A stretch of DNA of 32,000 nt from Sulfolobus acidocaldarius DSM 639 (GCF_000012285.1 NC_007181.1:660001-692000), one strand, 5' to 3'; positions 9,605 through 19,988 are shown, counted from the first letter of the stretch. The notes: generated by a model not told the origin, from the letters alone. Translations and numbers: made by a program.

Positions 9605-10846
9605 TCATGCTCCAAATTTCTCGTACCTATATGAATAGTTCAGTAATAGATTTATTACATCCAACCCTTTTATTCTTAGAGACCCTTTACGTAACTGTTT
9701 TTCATTAAAATCATCTACGTTATCAGCAACTATATTATATGGAACGTATAACAAGAAAGGTACAGGGTCACCTGTGTGTTCCTTTACCTCAACAGGAGTT
9801 GCATGGTCTCCTGTGATAGCTATTATTAATTCTGAGCCATAAATGTCTAATACTCTACCTATCATTTTATCTATCATACTTATAGCATATAACTTACCGT
9901 CAATATTTCCGTCATGCGATGCTGCGTCAGTAGCTTTTAAGTGAAGAAATACCATGTCATATTCTTTAAGTAATTTCGATGCCTCTTCTGCTTTACCTAT
10001 ATAGTTTGTATCTAGTCCGCCTGTGGCTCCCTTGGGAGTAACTACATTCATTCCAATTTGGCTACATATACCTTTTATTAATGCTGTTGCAGATACTGCT
10101 GCCGCGTTAATCTTAGTGTAATCATAAAATTTTGGCAGGTCAACATATTGTGCTGCCCCCCTAAGAAGTACTATATTTGCAGGTAACTCTCCTCTTTCAA
10201 TTCTTTTTTTATTCAATTCTGAACTAGAAAGTATATCGTATATTCTATTTGTGAGTTTATTAAGAACTTCAGCAGTAATTTTAGCCTCTCTTGTATCATC
10301 AGTTGCCTCACTTTTTTTAACTTTAACGCCGGTCTCATGAGGATCAGTATCGCTAATTTTATCGCTTAAGCCTTTACCACTAAGGACAACTGCTACTCTA
10401 TGTTCTGTACCATGATAGAATTTAACTTGAACTCCATCTATTTCTCCAATCTTTGAGTTTAACTCTTGCACCAGGTCTTTTGCTTCATCAACCTTCCTTC
10501 CTGCTCTCCTATCTATCACAGTAAGGTTATTATCTACAGTTGCGAAGTTCCCTCTAAAAGCTACATCTCCTGCTTTGAGTCTTGCACCAGCTCCAATAGC
10601 TTCGAACGCTCCTCTTCCCCTATAATACTTAAATGGATCTATACCAAAGATAGCTAAATGGGATGTATCACTTCCTGGTACTATTCCAGGGGATATAGGG
10701 TCCATTAACCCAGCTATGGAGTTCTTAAGTAATTCACCTATATTTGGTTTCTCCACTGCCTCAAGAGGCGTCTTATGTTCTAGTTTAGTGACAGGCCGAT
10801 CTCCTAGACCATCTGCAATGAATAAGAGAATTTTATATTGCTTCAT
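9605..10846 (-). CDS. apgM: 2,3-bisphosphoglycerate-independent phosphoglycerate mutase, archaeal type
   Basis: [12 protein letters not shown]...[11 protein letters not shown]...[12 protein letters not shown]...ITGDHATP. Length is 413 aa. Confidence 0.9.
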   Translation of the reverse strand: MKQYKILLFIADGLGDRPVTKLEHKTPLEAVEKPNIGELLKNSIAGLMDPISPGIVPGSDTSHLAIFGIDPFKYYRGRGAFEAIGAGARLKAGDVAFRGNFATVDNNLTVIDRRAGRKVDEAKDLVQELNSKIGEIDGVQVKFYHGTEHRVAVVLSGKGLSDKISDTDPHETGVKVKKSEATDDTREAKITAEVLNKLTNRIYDILSSSELNKKRIERGELPANIVLLRGAAQYVDLPKFYDYTKINAAAVSATALIKGICSQIGMNVVTPKGATGGLDTNYIGKAEEASKLLKEYDMVFLHLKATDAASHDGNIDGKLYAISMIDKMIGRVLDIYGSELIIAITGDHATPVEVKEHTGDPVPFLLYVPYNIVADNVDDFNEKQLRKGSLRIKGLDVINLLLNYSYRYEKFGA

Positions 10847-13086
10847 GCTATCGCCCTCTTTAGCTCCTTTGAAAATCTCTCGTATCTTTGTATATCAGCT
10901 TGAGTAAGGGAAGCTTTTACAACATTCAAGGCTTTTTCGAAATCCTCTTTACTTACCTTAAATGAGGTTTTGTTCATACATTCTTTTATGTGCTTTTGGT
11001 AGCATTCCATGTTACCCTTGCATTCGTCTCTAGACTGTTTGTCACACATAGAGTAAATAGATCTCATGGCGTTAATAGTAGCTTCTCTAACCAAAGCCTC
11101 TAGGTCTGCTCCTGTATATCCTTCTGCTTTTTCTGCAATATCCTCAAGTGACACATCTTCAGCCAATGGCACATTTTTAGTGTGAACCTTCAAAATCTCA
11201 AACCTTGCAGTCTTATCAGGTGGAGGAACATAAATCAACCTATCAAACCTACCTGGTCTAAGCAAAGCAGGATCCAAAATATCAGGCCTATTAGTAGCTG
11301 CAATTATAACCACTTTATTTAATGGTACTATTCCGTCCATTTCTGCTAGTAGTTGGTTTACTATTCTTTCTGTTACTCCGCTGTCTGTTGATAGTCCTCT
11401 TATTGGTGCTATTGAGTCTATTTCATCGAAGAATATTACTGTTGGTGCTGCTTGTCTTGCTTTTCTGAATATTTCTCTTATTGCTTTTTCGCTTTCACCA
11501 ACCCATTTTGATAGTATTTCTGGTCCCCTTACTGCTATGAAGTTTGCACCACTCTCTGTTGCAACAGCCTTTGCAAGCATAGTCTTACCAGTACCAGGAG
11601 GACCAAACAACAAAATACCCTTAGGAGGTGTTACACCTGACTTAGTAAATAACTCAGGGAATCTCAAAGGCCATTCCACAGCTTCTCTTAGTTGTTGCTT
11701 AACGTTATCCAGTCCTCCAATATCATTCCAATTTACTTTAGGAACTTCTACATATACTTCTCTCAATAGAGATGGCTGTATTGATTTCAGTGCATTCAGG
11801 AAATCGTTCATAGATACTTTTAGTTCCTTTATTATTTCTGCAGGAATAGTTGGTTGATCGAGGTTTAATTTCTTCTCGTCTACGAATCTTCTTAGTGCAT
11901 ATATTGCAGCTTCTTTTGCCAAAGCCGCTAAATCTGCTCCAGTATAACCATATGTCATCTCGGCTAATTTATCGAGATCAACATCATCTGTAATAGGCAT
12001 ATTTCTAGTGTGAACTTGAAGTATATCCTTTCTTCCCTTGGTGTCGGGTGGTCTTATTTCAATTTCCCTATCGAATCTACCTGGTCTTCTAAGGGCAGGA
12101 TCTATTGCGTCTGGTCTATTTGTGGCACCAATAACTATAACTCTACCTCTGCCTTTAATTCCATCCATAAGTGTCAGTAGTTGCGCTACCACTCTTTTTT
12201 CTACTTCTCCGGTAACATCTTCTCTTTTTGGTGCTATGGCATCTATCTCGTCAATAAATATTATTGACGGTGCATTTTCTTCGGCTTCTTTAAATATCTC
12301 TCTTATTCTTTGCTCGCTCTCTCCATAGAATTTACTCATTATCTCTGGTCCATTAACGGTTATAAAGTAGGCTCCGATCTCATTTGCTAACGCTCTTGCT
12401 AGTAAGGTTTTACCTGTACCTGGTGGACCGTATAATAATATTCCCTTAGGTGGGTCAATTCCTAGTCTCTGGAATAGTTCTGGATGTCTCATTGGCCATT
12501 CCACAATTTCTCTTATTTTCTGTTTTGCTTCCTCTAGATCGCCTATATCTTCCCAGCTTACTTTAGGATAAGCTAATGAGCTCTCTTTTACTGGTTCTTC
12601 TCTTATTTCAATATTTGTACTACCTGTAACATAAACGTAATTTGAGGGTTGTGTATTCACAACTGTCAGTTCTAAGGTTCCCGTATAGATTGGTATTGGA
12701 AGTGTCTCTCCTTTAGCTAATGGTTTGTCCATTAGTGTATCTTTTACATATTCTACAAAACTATTGTCAAATCTAATTGGTTGTGTAGGTGCTAACACTA
12801 CTTTACTTGCTGGTGACACATTGGTTTTTCTGACAGTTACATCATCTCCTATTCCAACTTTTATAGACTTTCTGATGTAACCATCTATTCTAATTTCGTC
12901 ATCGGATATATCGTATGCAGGCATTACTTGAGCTAAAGCAGAATTCCCATCTTGTCCTATAATTTCTATGTAATCTCCGGCTTCTACATTTAATTTTCTC
13001 ATGGAAGTTTCTGAAATTCTAGCTACTTTTTTTCCAACGTCTCTCTGTCTAGCTTCAGTAACTCTAAACTTAATACTTTGACTCAT
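10843..13086 (-). CDS. cdc48: Cdc48/VAT-type AAA+ ATPase (N domain plus two AAA modules)
   Basis: Two Walker A motifs (GPPGTGKT), two DEID Walker B motifs, and an N-terminal double-psi barrel ([22 protein letters not shown]...[11 protein letters not shown]). I prefer the ATG at 13086 (MSQSIKFRV, 747 aa). The ORF-track start at 13185 would overlap the reverse gyrase start region. Confidence 0.95.
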   Translation of the reverse strand: MSQSIKFRVTEARQRDVGKKVARISETSMRKLNVEAGDYIEIIGQDGNSALAQVMPAYDISDDEIRIDGYIRKSIKVGIGDDVTVRKTNVSPASKVVLAPTQPIRFDNSFVEYVKDTLMDKPLAKGETLPIPIYTGTLELTVVNTQPSNYVYVTGSTNIEIREEPVKESSLAYPKVSWEDIGDLEEAKQKIREIVEWPMRHPELFQRLGIDPPKGILLYGPPGTGKTLLARALANEIGAYFITVNGPEIMSKFYGESEQRIREIFKEAEENAPSIIFIDEIDAIAPKREDVTGEVEKRVVAQLLTLMDGIKGRGRVIVIGATNRPDAIDPALRRPGRFDREIEIRPPDTKGRKDILQVHTRNMPITDDVDLDKLAEMTYGYTGADLAALAKEAAIYALRRFVDEKKLNLDQPTIPAEIIKELKVSMNDFLNALKSIQPSLLREVYVEVPKVNWNDIGGLDNVKQQLREAVEWPLRFPELFTKSGVTPPKGILLFGPPGTGKTMLAKAVATESGANFIAVRGPEILSKWVGESEKAIREIFRKARQAAPTVIFFDEIDSIAPIRGLSTDSGVTERIVNQLLAEMDGIVPLNKVVIIAATNRPDILDPALLRPGRFDRLIYVPPPDKTARFEILKVHTKNVPLAEDVSLEDIAEKAEGYTGADLEALVREATINAMRSIYSMCDKQSRDECKGNMECYQKHIKECMNKTSFKVSKEDFEKALNVVKASLTQADIQRYERFSKELKRAIA

Positions 13087-13105
13087 GTGACATATTACTT
13101 TAACC

Positions 13106-13116
13106 TTTTTAAATAA
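13106..13116. promoter_or_regulatory. single A/T-rich TATA-like element between the divergent cdc48 and reverse gyrase genes
   Basis: TTTTTAAATAA lies 20-30 nt from both start codons (13086 on the minus strand, 13140 on the plus strand) within a 53-bp spacer. Confidence 0.3.
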
Positions 13117-13139
13117 GTCTAACTGTAATAAAATACTGT

Positions 13140-16100
13140 GTGCAGTCTTTGAGTGATATTCCACCCTCAATATATTTATTCTCATGTCCTAATTGTGGGA
13201 GATCTATTTCGACATATAGGTTACTTCTAGGATCAGTATGCAATATATGTCTAGAGGAAGATAAAGAATATAAAAATATTGGGGACTTAATAAAGGACAT
13301 AGAAAAACAGGGAAATTTAATCAAATTGAAAGATATTCAGAGAGTGCTAGATGATTATGAAAGTTTTGTTTCTGTATTTAGGAGATTATTGGGCTTTCCA
13401 CCCTTTGGTCCTCAAAAAAGTTGGATATATAGGTTGCTAAGCGGAGAGAGTTTTGCAATAATAGCTCCTCCTGGTTTAGGCAAAACCACCTTTGGTCTTA
13501 TTTCATCTATTTACCTCTATTTAAGAGGCAAGAAATCAATATTAGTGTTTCCAACTAAAAGCCTTGTAAGGCAAGCTATTGATAAATTATCCTCTTATAT
13601 ACAAAATCTAGCCGAGATAAAGGAGAATCCTCCAAAAGTCATTTATTATTACTCAGGAATGTCAAGCTTCAGAGAGAAAAGAGGCAGATGAAGGATTACA
13701 GTCAAAGACATTTGATATTTTCATATCTACAAACAGATTTTTGATTGATAATATAGATCAGATCTCCTCAACTAGTTATCAGTTCTTATTTGTAGACGAT
13801 GTAGATACCGCATTGAAGTCTAGCAAGAGTGCGCAGGCTATTCTTAAATTACTAGGATTTACGCCTAGTGACCAAGACAAAATTAAAGAGAGTTTGAAAA
13901 AATATAGAGAAAATACTCAGAAAAATGAACAAAATGAATACATTTTTGAGGAAATAGATAAAATTAGAAAAGATAGATTAGCATCAAAGACTGTTATATT
14001 TTCGTCAGCAACCTTAAATCGTAGTAATCCAATTTTAACGTCATTAGTGGGATTTAAGCCGGGAAGTTCAGTAATATATATCAGAAAAGTATATGACATG
14101 TATGTTAAGCAGCCTGATAAAGAACAAGAGACTTTTAACCTAATTAAATCTCTCCTGCATAGGTTGGGCGACGGCGGATTAATATTTGTGCCAGTAGACA
14201 AAAAACAAGAATACATCAAAAGATTACAAAGCGAGTTAAGTAATGAGTTCAATGTAGCTGCCATAACATCGACATCAGCAACTAAAATAGACGATTTCGC
14301 TAATGGTGAAATAGACGTATTAATCGGTTCTGCAACTCATTACGGTATTCTTGTAAGAGGGTTAGATCTTCCCTGGAGGGTAAAGTACTCAATATTTGTC
14401 GGAATACCTAAGTTCAAGTTCAGATTGGGAGAAAAGGTAAATCTACTCACTTTAAGTCGATTATTAAGTTTGATAGCGCTCATTACAAAGGATCAAGAAG
14501 TTATATACATATCAAGAAGAGTTAAGGATAAAATACGAAGGCTATCTCCTGCAGCATTAACCATGTTATCAGTTCAGGCAAAGGAAGGTAAACTAGAGGA
14601 TAGTATATTACTTAAAGCATACGATTTGTTAAATAAGTATCTTAGTAATCAAAATGTACTGAAGAGAATAAGCGAGATAGGAGATTTCGTATTATCTCCT
14701 GATAATGATATACTGATTCCAGACTATCTTACCTATGTTCAGGCTAGCGGAAGAACGTCCAGGATATATGCAGGAGACGTTACCACTGGTCTATCTATTC
14801 TATTAGTCGATGATTTTAATTTGTTTAGACTTCTAAATAAAAAGTTGCAATACATATTAGATGATATACAATGGCGAGAATTAGATGTTGAAAAGTGGAC
14901 AGCAGGAGACGTAGAAATAAAGAATCTAATTTCAAAAATTAATGAAGAGAGGAATGAGATATCGAAACTAAAAAATGAGGGTAATGTTGCGCCTGCACTG
15001 CAAAAAGTAAAGACTGTTCTCCTCGTTGTAGAATCTCCCAATAAAGCTAAAACTATATCCAGTTTCTTTTCAAGACCTAGTATTAGGCAAATTGGAAATA
15101 TGAGAGTATATGAGACAGTGCTAGGTGATAAAGTTCTTATGGTTACAGCATCTGGTGGTCATGTTTATGACTTAACTACTCAGGACATGGGTATTTATGG
15201 AGTAGATATAATGAAACAGAATTCCTCTTTAGTCTTCATTCCTATATATAATAGTATAAAGAAGTGTGAAAATAATCATCAGTTTACCGATTTCTTTGAA
15301 TCAAATAAGTGTCCTAGGTGTATGACAACAAAGGTGCGCTACGACAGTTTGAAATCTATAAACGTTTTAAGGAATTTAGCTGTAGAGGCTGACGAGGTGT
15401 TAATAGGCACCGATCCTGATACGGAAGGTGAGAAAATAGCATGGGATCTGTATTTAGCTCTAAGACCTTACAATAGTAATATCAGGAGAGCTGAATTTCA
15501 TGAGGTAACTAGAAAAGCTATATTACAAGCTATCAATCAGCCTAGAGAATTTAACGTAAATTTAGTTAAATCACAATTGGTAAGAAGAATTGAGGATAGA
15601 TGGATTGGGTTTAAACTATCGTCAATATTGCAGACTAGGTTTTGGCCTGAATATTGTAAATCTCTATCGTCGAATAAACAGCTTAACTGTAATGAAAATA
15701 AGAACCTGAGCGCAGGCAGGGTTCAGACTCCTGTCTTAAGCTGGATAGTTGACAGGTACACTGAATATCAGAGAAATAAGAGTAGAGTATATTATGGAAA
15801 GATAGACCAGTTACAAGATATAGTTATCTACGTCCCTAAGCAAGATGGTGTTAGAAAGAATAGTAAAATTGTTGTAGTTTTTAATGAAATTAATCAATTG
15901 GAGGAAGAGTTTGGTCCTCTACCCCCATATACTACAGATACATTACTTTCTGACTCTAACAATTTCTTTGGTCTTTCTGCACCAGAGACCATGAGAATTG
16001 CTCAAGATCTTTTTGAACTTGGACTCATAACTTATCATAGAACTGATAGTAACAGGATATCAAATACTGGAATTAGTGTAGCAGAGAACTATTTGAAAGA

Positions 16101-16887
16101 TGTTCTTGGTGATAAGTACACTAATATTTTTAAACCAAGAAGCTGGGGAGATGGTGGAGCTCATGAGGGGATTAGACCAACTAAACCTATCGATGTAGAA
16201 CAACTAAGATTATTAATAGAGGAGGGTGAGTTAGAGTTAGCGAAAAGATTAACTAATAATCATTTCAAAGTTTATGATATAATATTTAGACGATTTATTT
16301 CTAGTCAAATAATTCCTTTAAAAGTTCGCAAAGAAATTGTTAAAATAGAATTATATGGAGAAAATAAGAAAGAAAAAATAAATAGTAATCAAAATATAAT
16401 AGAAGTTATAACGGGGATTACTTTGCCCGGAATCGATACTGAAATCTCTAAATTTGCATATGTACCCGTAAGGAATGTATCAAGATCTGTGGCAGAGAGG
16501 CTAAAGGAGCTTGGGCGTTCTATACCAACAGATTTTTCAATTGAAATTTCTAATTCGTTTATCAAAAGCACAGTTAATTTATATACTCAGGCAGATTTAG
16601 TTATGGAGATGAAGAATAAAAAGATCGGCAGACCTAGTACTTATGCGACAATTATAGGTACTATTCTCAGAAGAGGTTATGTCTTAGAAAGTCTTAAAAC
16701 TAAAAAATTAATACCAACAAGGCTGGGCGTAGAGGTCAATAAGTATTTAAATGAAAATTACGGTAGATTTGTTTCAGAGGATAGAACAAGAAAATTGTTA
16801 CAGTTGATGGATATGGTTGAGGCAGGTCAAGAAAAATATGAAGAAGTCTTGAAACAAGTTTATGAAGAAATAAACGAAATACGGTGA
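13140..16887 (+). pseudogene. rgy: reverse gyrase locus interrupted by a 1-nt frameshift near 13665 (fragments 13140..13691 and 13621..16887)
   Basis: Fragment 1 carries the Zn finger CPNCGR...CNIC and helicase motif I APPGLGKT. Fragment 2, open from 13621, carries motif II FVDDVD, SAT, QASGRTSR, TOPRIM (VVESPNKAKTI, GTDPDTEGE), a second Zn finger, and the type IA active site ITYHRTDS. Skipping one A at 13664/13665 joins them into one 1248-codon frame. Confidence 0.9.
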
Positions 16888-16891
16888 AAAA

Positions 16892-17785
16892 ATGCTCATA
16901 GGTTTACTTCATTTAAGATTAAAGGAAGCTAGCAGAAAAGCTAACATTGAGAAAGCTCGTAGACTAATAAAAGTGGCTAAAGAGAAAGGAGCTAAACTGG
17001 TAGTCCTTCCCTCATTATTTCCTATAGGGAATCTTTTTGAGGTCTATGAAAACGAGAAGAAATCTCGTAGTGTAATACGAAATTTAGCTGAAAAGATTCC
17101 AGGTTCTATAAGCGAAATGCTAATTAATCTAGCGATGGAGGGAGAAGTTCACTTAATGGCTGGTCCAATTTTAGAGCAAGCCGGTCCAAAAATATTTCTT
17201 ACTAGTCTAATTATTTCACCTCAAGGTGAAATAATAGGTAAATATCGTAAAGTCATAATATCCGAGAAAGATACGAGGCTAGGAATATCTTCAGGAAAAG
17301 AGCCAATGTTCTTATCATTAGACAAGCGATACGGAATTATATCAGAAGACGATTTGTTTTCGCCGGAGATAAATAGAATTTTGGCGTTAGGAAGTAGTGT
17401 CGCTGTTATTGGCTCAATTAAGGCATATTCAAAGAATAACAGTAGCGACATTATTAAACATGTAGCTATATCAAGAACTCTAGAAAACGAAATACCATAT
17501 ATTTTAGTTGGTGAAATGATAGAGGACGAAAATGGAGATATTATAGGTAGTTCGCCAACCTTTGTTACCAGTGTAAACTCATTAGTGTACAAGCAAGCTG
17601 AAGAAGATGATACTGTATTATACGTCGAGACAACAGTCCTTCTACAGGAGAGTGGGGCTCAGGATAAATTAGGTAAAGTAGGTAATTTAGAAAATATTAT
17701 ATTAGGTCTTTGTAAAAATGCCAAGAAAATGAAAGGAGTAGAAAGAAAGAGGATCATGGATAAAGAAAAGATAGAGGATAACTAA
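16892..17785 (+). CDS. carbon-nitrogen hydrolase (nitrilase superfamily) homologue lacking the catalytic Glu and Cys
   Basis: [11 protein letters not shown] (normally LPE), GKYRKV (Lys retained), [13 protein letters not shown] (normally xxCxD..FPE), and RTLENE. It starts 5 nt after the rgy stop. Confidence 0.7.
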   Translation: MLIGLLHLRLKEASRKANIEKARRLIKVAKEKGAKLVVLPSLFPIGNLFEVYENEKKSRSVIRNLAEKIPGSISEMLINLAMEGEVHLMAGPILEQAGPKIFLTSLIISPQGEIIGKYRKVIISEKDTRLGISSGKEPMFLSLDKRYGIISEDDLFSPEINRILALGSSVAVIGSIKAYSKNNSSDIIKHVAISRTLENEIPYILVGEMIEDENGDIIGSSPTFVTSVNSLVYKQAEEDDTVLYVETTVLLQESGAQDKLGKVGNLENIILGLCKNAKKMKGVERKRIMDKEKIEDN

Positions 17786-17801
17786 GTAAAACAAGTAATT
17801 T

Positions 17802-18131
17802 CTAAGAATTTAATTGATAAACTACAATTCTTCTGTTTTTTGTAACTTTAGCAAGCATCCCTTGTCTTTCTAGTTCCTCAAGAATCTTTTTAGCTACACT
17901 AATGGTCACATTTATTTTGCTTGCCAGTGTATACGGTGTTATAATTTTCTCCTTCTTTAATTCTTCTTGTACTTTAGACACAGTGTCTTTGTCTATAGTT
18001 ATAGATTTGGACGTTATCTCTTTTCCTGTTTTTGAAGTAGTCCTTTTCTGTCCTTTTTTCTGTTGTTCCTCCTCCATTTTCTTTACTCTTTTTTCTATTG
18101 TACCAATCGGCTTTTTACTTGCTCCGCCCAT
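17802..18131 (-). CDS. rps25e: 30S ribosomal protein S25e
   Basis: 109 aa. A Lys-rich N-terminus precedes a winged-helix tail: ITPYTLASKINVTISVAKKILEELERQGMLAKV. Confidence 0.85.
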   Translation of the reverse strand: MGGASKKPIGTIEKRVKKMEEEQQKKGQKRTTSKTGKEITSKSITIDKDTVSKVQEELKKEKIITPYTLASKINVTISVAKKILEELERQGMLAKVTKNRRIVVYQLNS

Positions 18132-18180
18132 TACTTACACCAGCTAATACTTTAATCCTTTAAACTATTAAACGTTTCTC

Positions 18181-18936
18181 ATGAGTAAACAGATTTCAGT
18201 AGATGAAATAATAGGAAGAATAGGTAAGATAGGATCCGTCTTTGGTATAAGTAGAAATGAACTAAAAGTGTATTTCCTCCTTTTAGTTAACGGAAAAATG
18301 ACAGCCAAAGACGTTTCCAATAGCATGAATATATCATACACGAAAGTATATAGTATTCTATCTAAATTAGAGGCTAGGGGATGGATAAAGAGAGTTGGAA
18401 AAAAGCCATCCCTTTATTCAGCTAACCCAGTAACAGATGTTTGGGTTAGCGTAAAGAGAAATATCATGGATATGGTTGAAAGAATAGAAAGAGAATTAAT
18501 CATTCCAATGAGTATTTTATTTTCTTCAACGACATCATTATATAACGTCATATCGGTGTCTTCAGAGAACTTACCTAATATGATTACCCAATTATTAGCA
18601 GAGCCATCGAATATTTACTATTTCGCATTATCATTTGACGGAATATTAAATGATCACATAGTGAAATTGTTAGAGAGTAATTCATATAGAAGTGACGTCA
18701 AGGTTATTTTAGTAGATAGTATGAAAATAGAGCTACCACAAGTCGTTCAAAAGAAATATGTTAATTCAATGTTTGGTAGCGGTCTTATTACGGATAAGGG
18801 TATCTTACTTATCATAAAGTCATCTGAGGAATCATTATATGGGCTATATTCAAATCACGTTTATTTCATAGATATAGGAAAGGTTTATTTTCAGTATTTA
18901 TGGGGTCAGTCTGAGAATTTAGGGAAAAATGCTTAA
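18181..18936 (+). CDS. TrmB-family transcriptional regulator
   Basis: N-terminal wHTH (ELKVYFLLLVNGKMTAKDVSNSMNISYTKVYSILSKLEARGWI), a coiled segment, then a C-terminal domain. Length is 251 aa. Confidence 0.7.
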   Translation: MSKQISVDEIIGRIGKIGSVFGISRNELKVYFLLLVNGKMTAKDVSNSMNISYTKVYSILSKLEARGWIKRVGKKPSLYSANPVTDVWVSVKRNIMDMVERIERELIIPMSILFSSTTSLYNVISVSSENLPNMITQLLAEPSNIYYFALSFDGILNDHIVKLLESNSYRSDVKVILVDSMKIELPQVVQKKYVNSMFGSGLITDKGILLIIKSSEESLYGLYSNHVYFIDIGKVYFQYLWGQSENLGKNA

Positions 18937-18973
18937 AAATGTAAGCGTTTCAAAGTGATATATACGATATAGG

Positions 18974-19126
18974 ATGAGAATAATTACAGTAAAGCTTCCG
19001 GAGCAATTCCTAGAAGCCATAGATGAGTTGGTTAATACAGGAAGATACACGTCTAGAAGTGAAGTTATAAGACTTGCATTAAATGATTTTATAAGGAAGG
19101 AACTATGGGTAAGTGATAGTGAGTGA
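18974..19126 (+). CDS. ribbon-helix-helix (CopG/NikR-type) DNA-binding protein, 50 aa
   Basis: Hand translation: [50 protein letters not shown]. This is the classic RHH pattern (beta-strand ITVKLP, G.Y.SRSE.IR.AL). It is below the ORF-track length cut-off, and the listed antisense ORF 18919..19149 covers it. Confidence 0.65.
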   Translation: MRIITVKLPEQFLEAIDELVNTGRYTSRSEVIRLALNDFIRKELWVSDSE

Positions 19127-19171
19127 TGAAAGCTGGTATTTTTGATCAATGAAATAAGACATCAGAACTGA
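19123..19171 (+). ncRNA. candidate C/D-box sRNA with canonical 12-nt guide spacing
   Basis: GTGATGA (C) - AAGCTGGTATTT (12) - TTGA (D') - TCA - ATGAAAT (C') - AAGACATCAGAA (12) - CTGA (D), which is 7-12-4-3-7-12-4 = 49 nt. It lies in the gap between the RHH gene and trmI. The terminal stem is weak. Confidence 0.4.
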
Positions 19172-19183
19172 TTTTAAATTATA
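19172..19183 (+). promoter_or_regulatory. TATA-like box for trmI
   Basis: TTTTAAATTATA, centred about 26 nt upstream of the ATG at 19204. Confidence 0.35.
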
Positions 19184-19203
19184 CTCCTAGTATATTCTTC
19201 CCA

Positions 19204-19971
19204 ATGCCATTAAATGAAGGAGATCCTGTAGTAATATGGGTTGATCCAAAAAGAATATATTTAGTTAAGCTAATCCAAAACAAGGTTTTTAGTACAGATA
19301 AGGGTTACATTGATCTAGGTAAATTAATAGGCTTAGAATATGGTTCAGAAATACTGCTTTCCACTGGGATTAAGGCATATTTACTGAAGCCAACGCCTAT
19401 AGATCTATATAGAGGATTGAAAAGACTGTCCCAAGTATTGTATCCAAAAGATATAGGATATATAATCTACTCTTCAGGTGTTCAACCAGGGAGTACTATT
19501 GTGGAAGCAGGAACGGGATCAGGATTCCTTACTCTTTCACTTGCATATTTTTTAGGTAATTCGACGAAAATCGTGACTTATGACGTTAGGGAAGATATGC
19601 AAGATATTGCCAAAAGGAATGCATCCTATTTAGGGCTCTCAGATAGAATAATATTTAAGTTAAAGGATATAAGGGAAGGTATAGAAGAGGTCAATGTAGA
19701 CGCAATATTCTTAGATATGCCAGACCCTTGGAATGCAATGGAGACTGTGAGAAAAGCACTGAAGCCCTCAGGGTCTTTAATCATATTTGTTCCCACTGTA
19801 AACCAAATAGAAAAAGTAATACCATCACTAAGTGATTTCGTAGATGTTCATGCTGAGGAGTTAATAATAAGGGAGTATCAAATGAAGGAGAATGCTGTTA
19901 GACCAAGAAATATAGGAGTAATCCATACTGGATACATAATTAGAGGAAGAAAACGAATAAAAGTGAGTTAA
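19204..19971 (+). CDS. trmI: tRNA (adenine-N1)-methyltransferase TrmI (Gcd14 family)
   Basis: The N-terminal beta domain plus the SAM motif [11 protein letters not shown] and [11 protein letters not shown] are diagnostic of m1A57/58 methyltransferases. Confidence 0.85.
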   Translation: MPLNEGDPVVIWVDPKRIYLVKLIQNKVFSTDKGYIDLGKLIGLEYGSEILLSTGIKAYLLKPTPIDLYRGLKRLSQVLYPKDIGYIIYSSGVQPGSTIVEAGTGSGFLTLSLAYFLGNSTKIVTYDVREDMQDIAKRNASYLGLSDRIIFKLKDIREGIEEVNVDAIFLDMPDPWNAMETVRKALKPSGSLIIFVPTVNQIEKVIPSLSDFVDVHAEELIIREYQMKENAVRPRNIGVIHTGYIIRGRKRIKVS

Positions 19972-19988
19972 TATTAATTCATACCAAG

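Noticed and set aside
7978-10907. ORFs 7978..8181(-), 9006..9287(-), 10466..10657(+) and 10716..10907(+).
   Set aside because: Each lies antisense within a recognised gene (PIN, spt4/DUF359, apgM/cdc48) and has no family resemblance.
11537-12328. Plus-strand ORFs 11537..11857 and 12038..12328 inside cdc48.
   Set aside because: They are antisense shadows of a strongly supported AAA+ gene. Their translations are low-complexity (Ser/Leu/Pro/Gly-rich) with no motifs.
13087-13185. 33-codon N-terminal extension of Cdc48 (start at 13185), together with the 13109..13324(-) ORF.
   Set aside because: The extension covers the divergent promoter and the rgy start and is not part of the Cdc48 N-domain. 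MSQSIKFRV at 13086 fits homologues. I note from memory that an older database entry may use the 780-aa form.
13664-13669. The HindIII site AAGCTT, created by the frameshifting A in rgy, as proof of genetic engineering.
   Set aside because: A 6-bp site can easily arise by chance in AT-rich DNA, and there is no vector or marker sequence nearby. It is kept only as a remark in the frameshift finding.
13917-16571. Minus-strand ORFs 13917..14264, 14739..15041 and 16389..16571 inside reverse gyrase.
   Set aside because: They are antisense to a well-supported coding frame and have Ser/Leu/Phe-rich junk translations.
17221-18147. ORFs 17221..17592(-) and 17902..18147(+).
   Set aside because: They are antisense to the nitrilase-like gene and to rps25e respectively, with hydrophobic low-complexity translations.
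18919-19149. 76-aa minus-strand ORF from the track.
   Set aside because: The opposite strand encodes a near-consensus RHH protein (18974..19126). The minus-strand product is Ser/Leu-rich with no motif.
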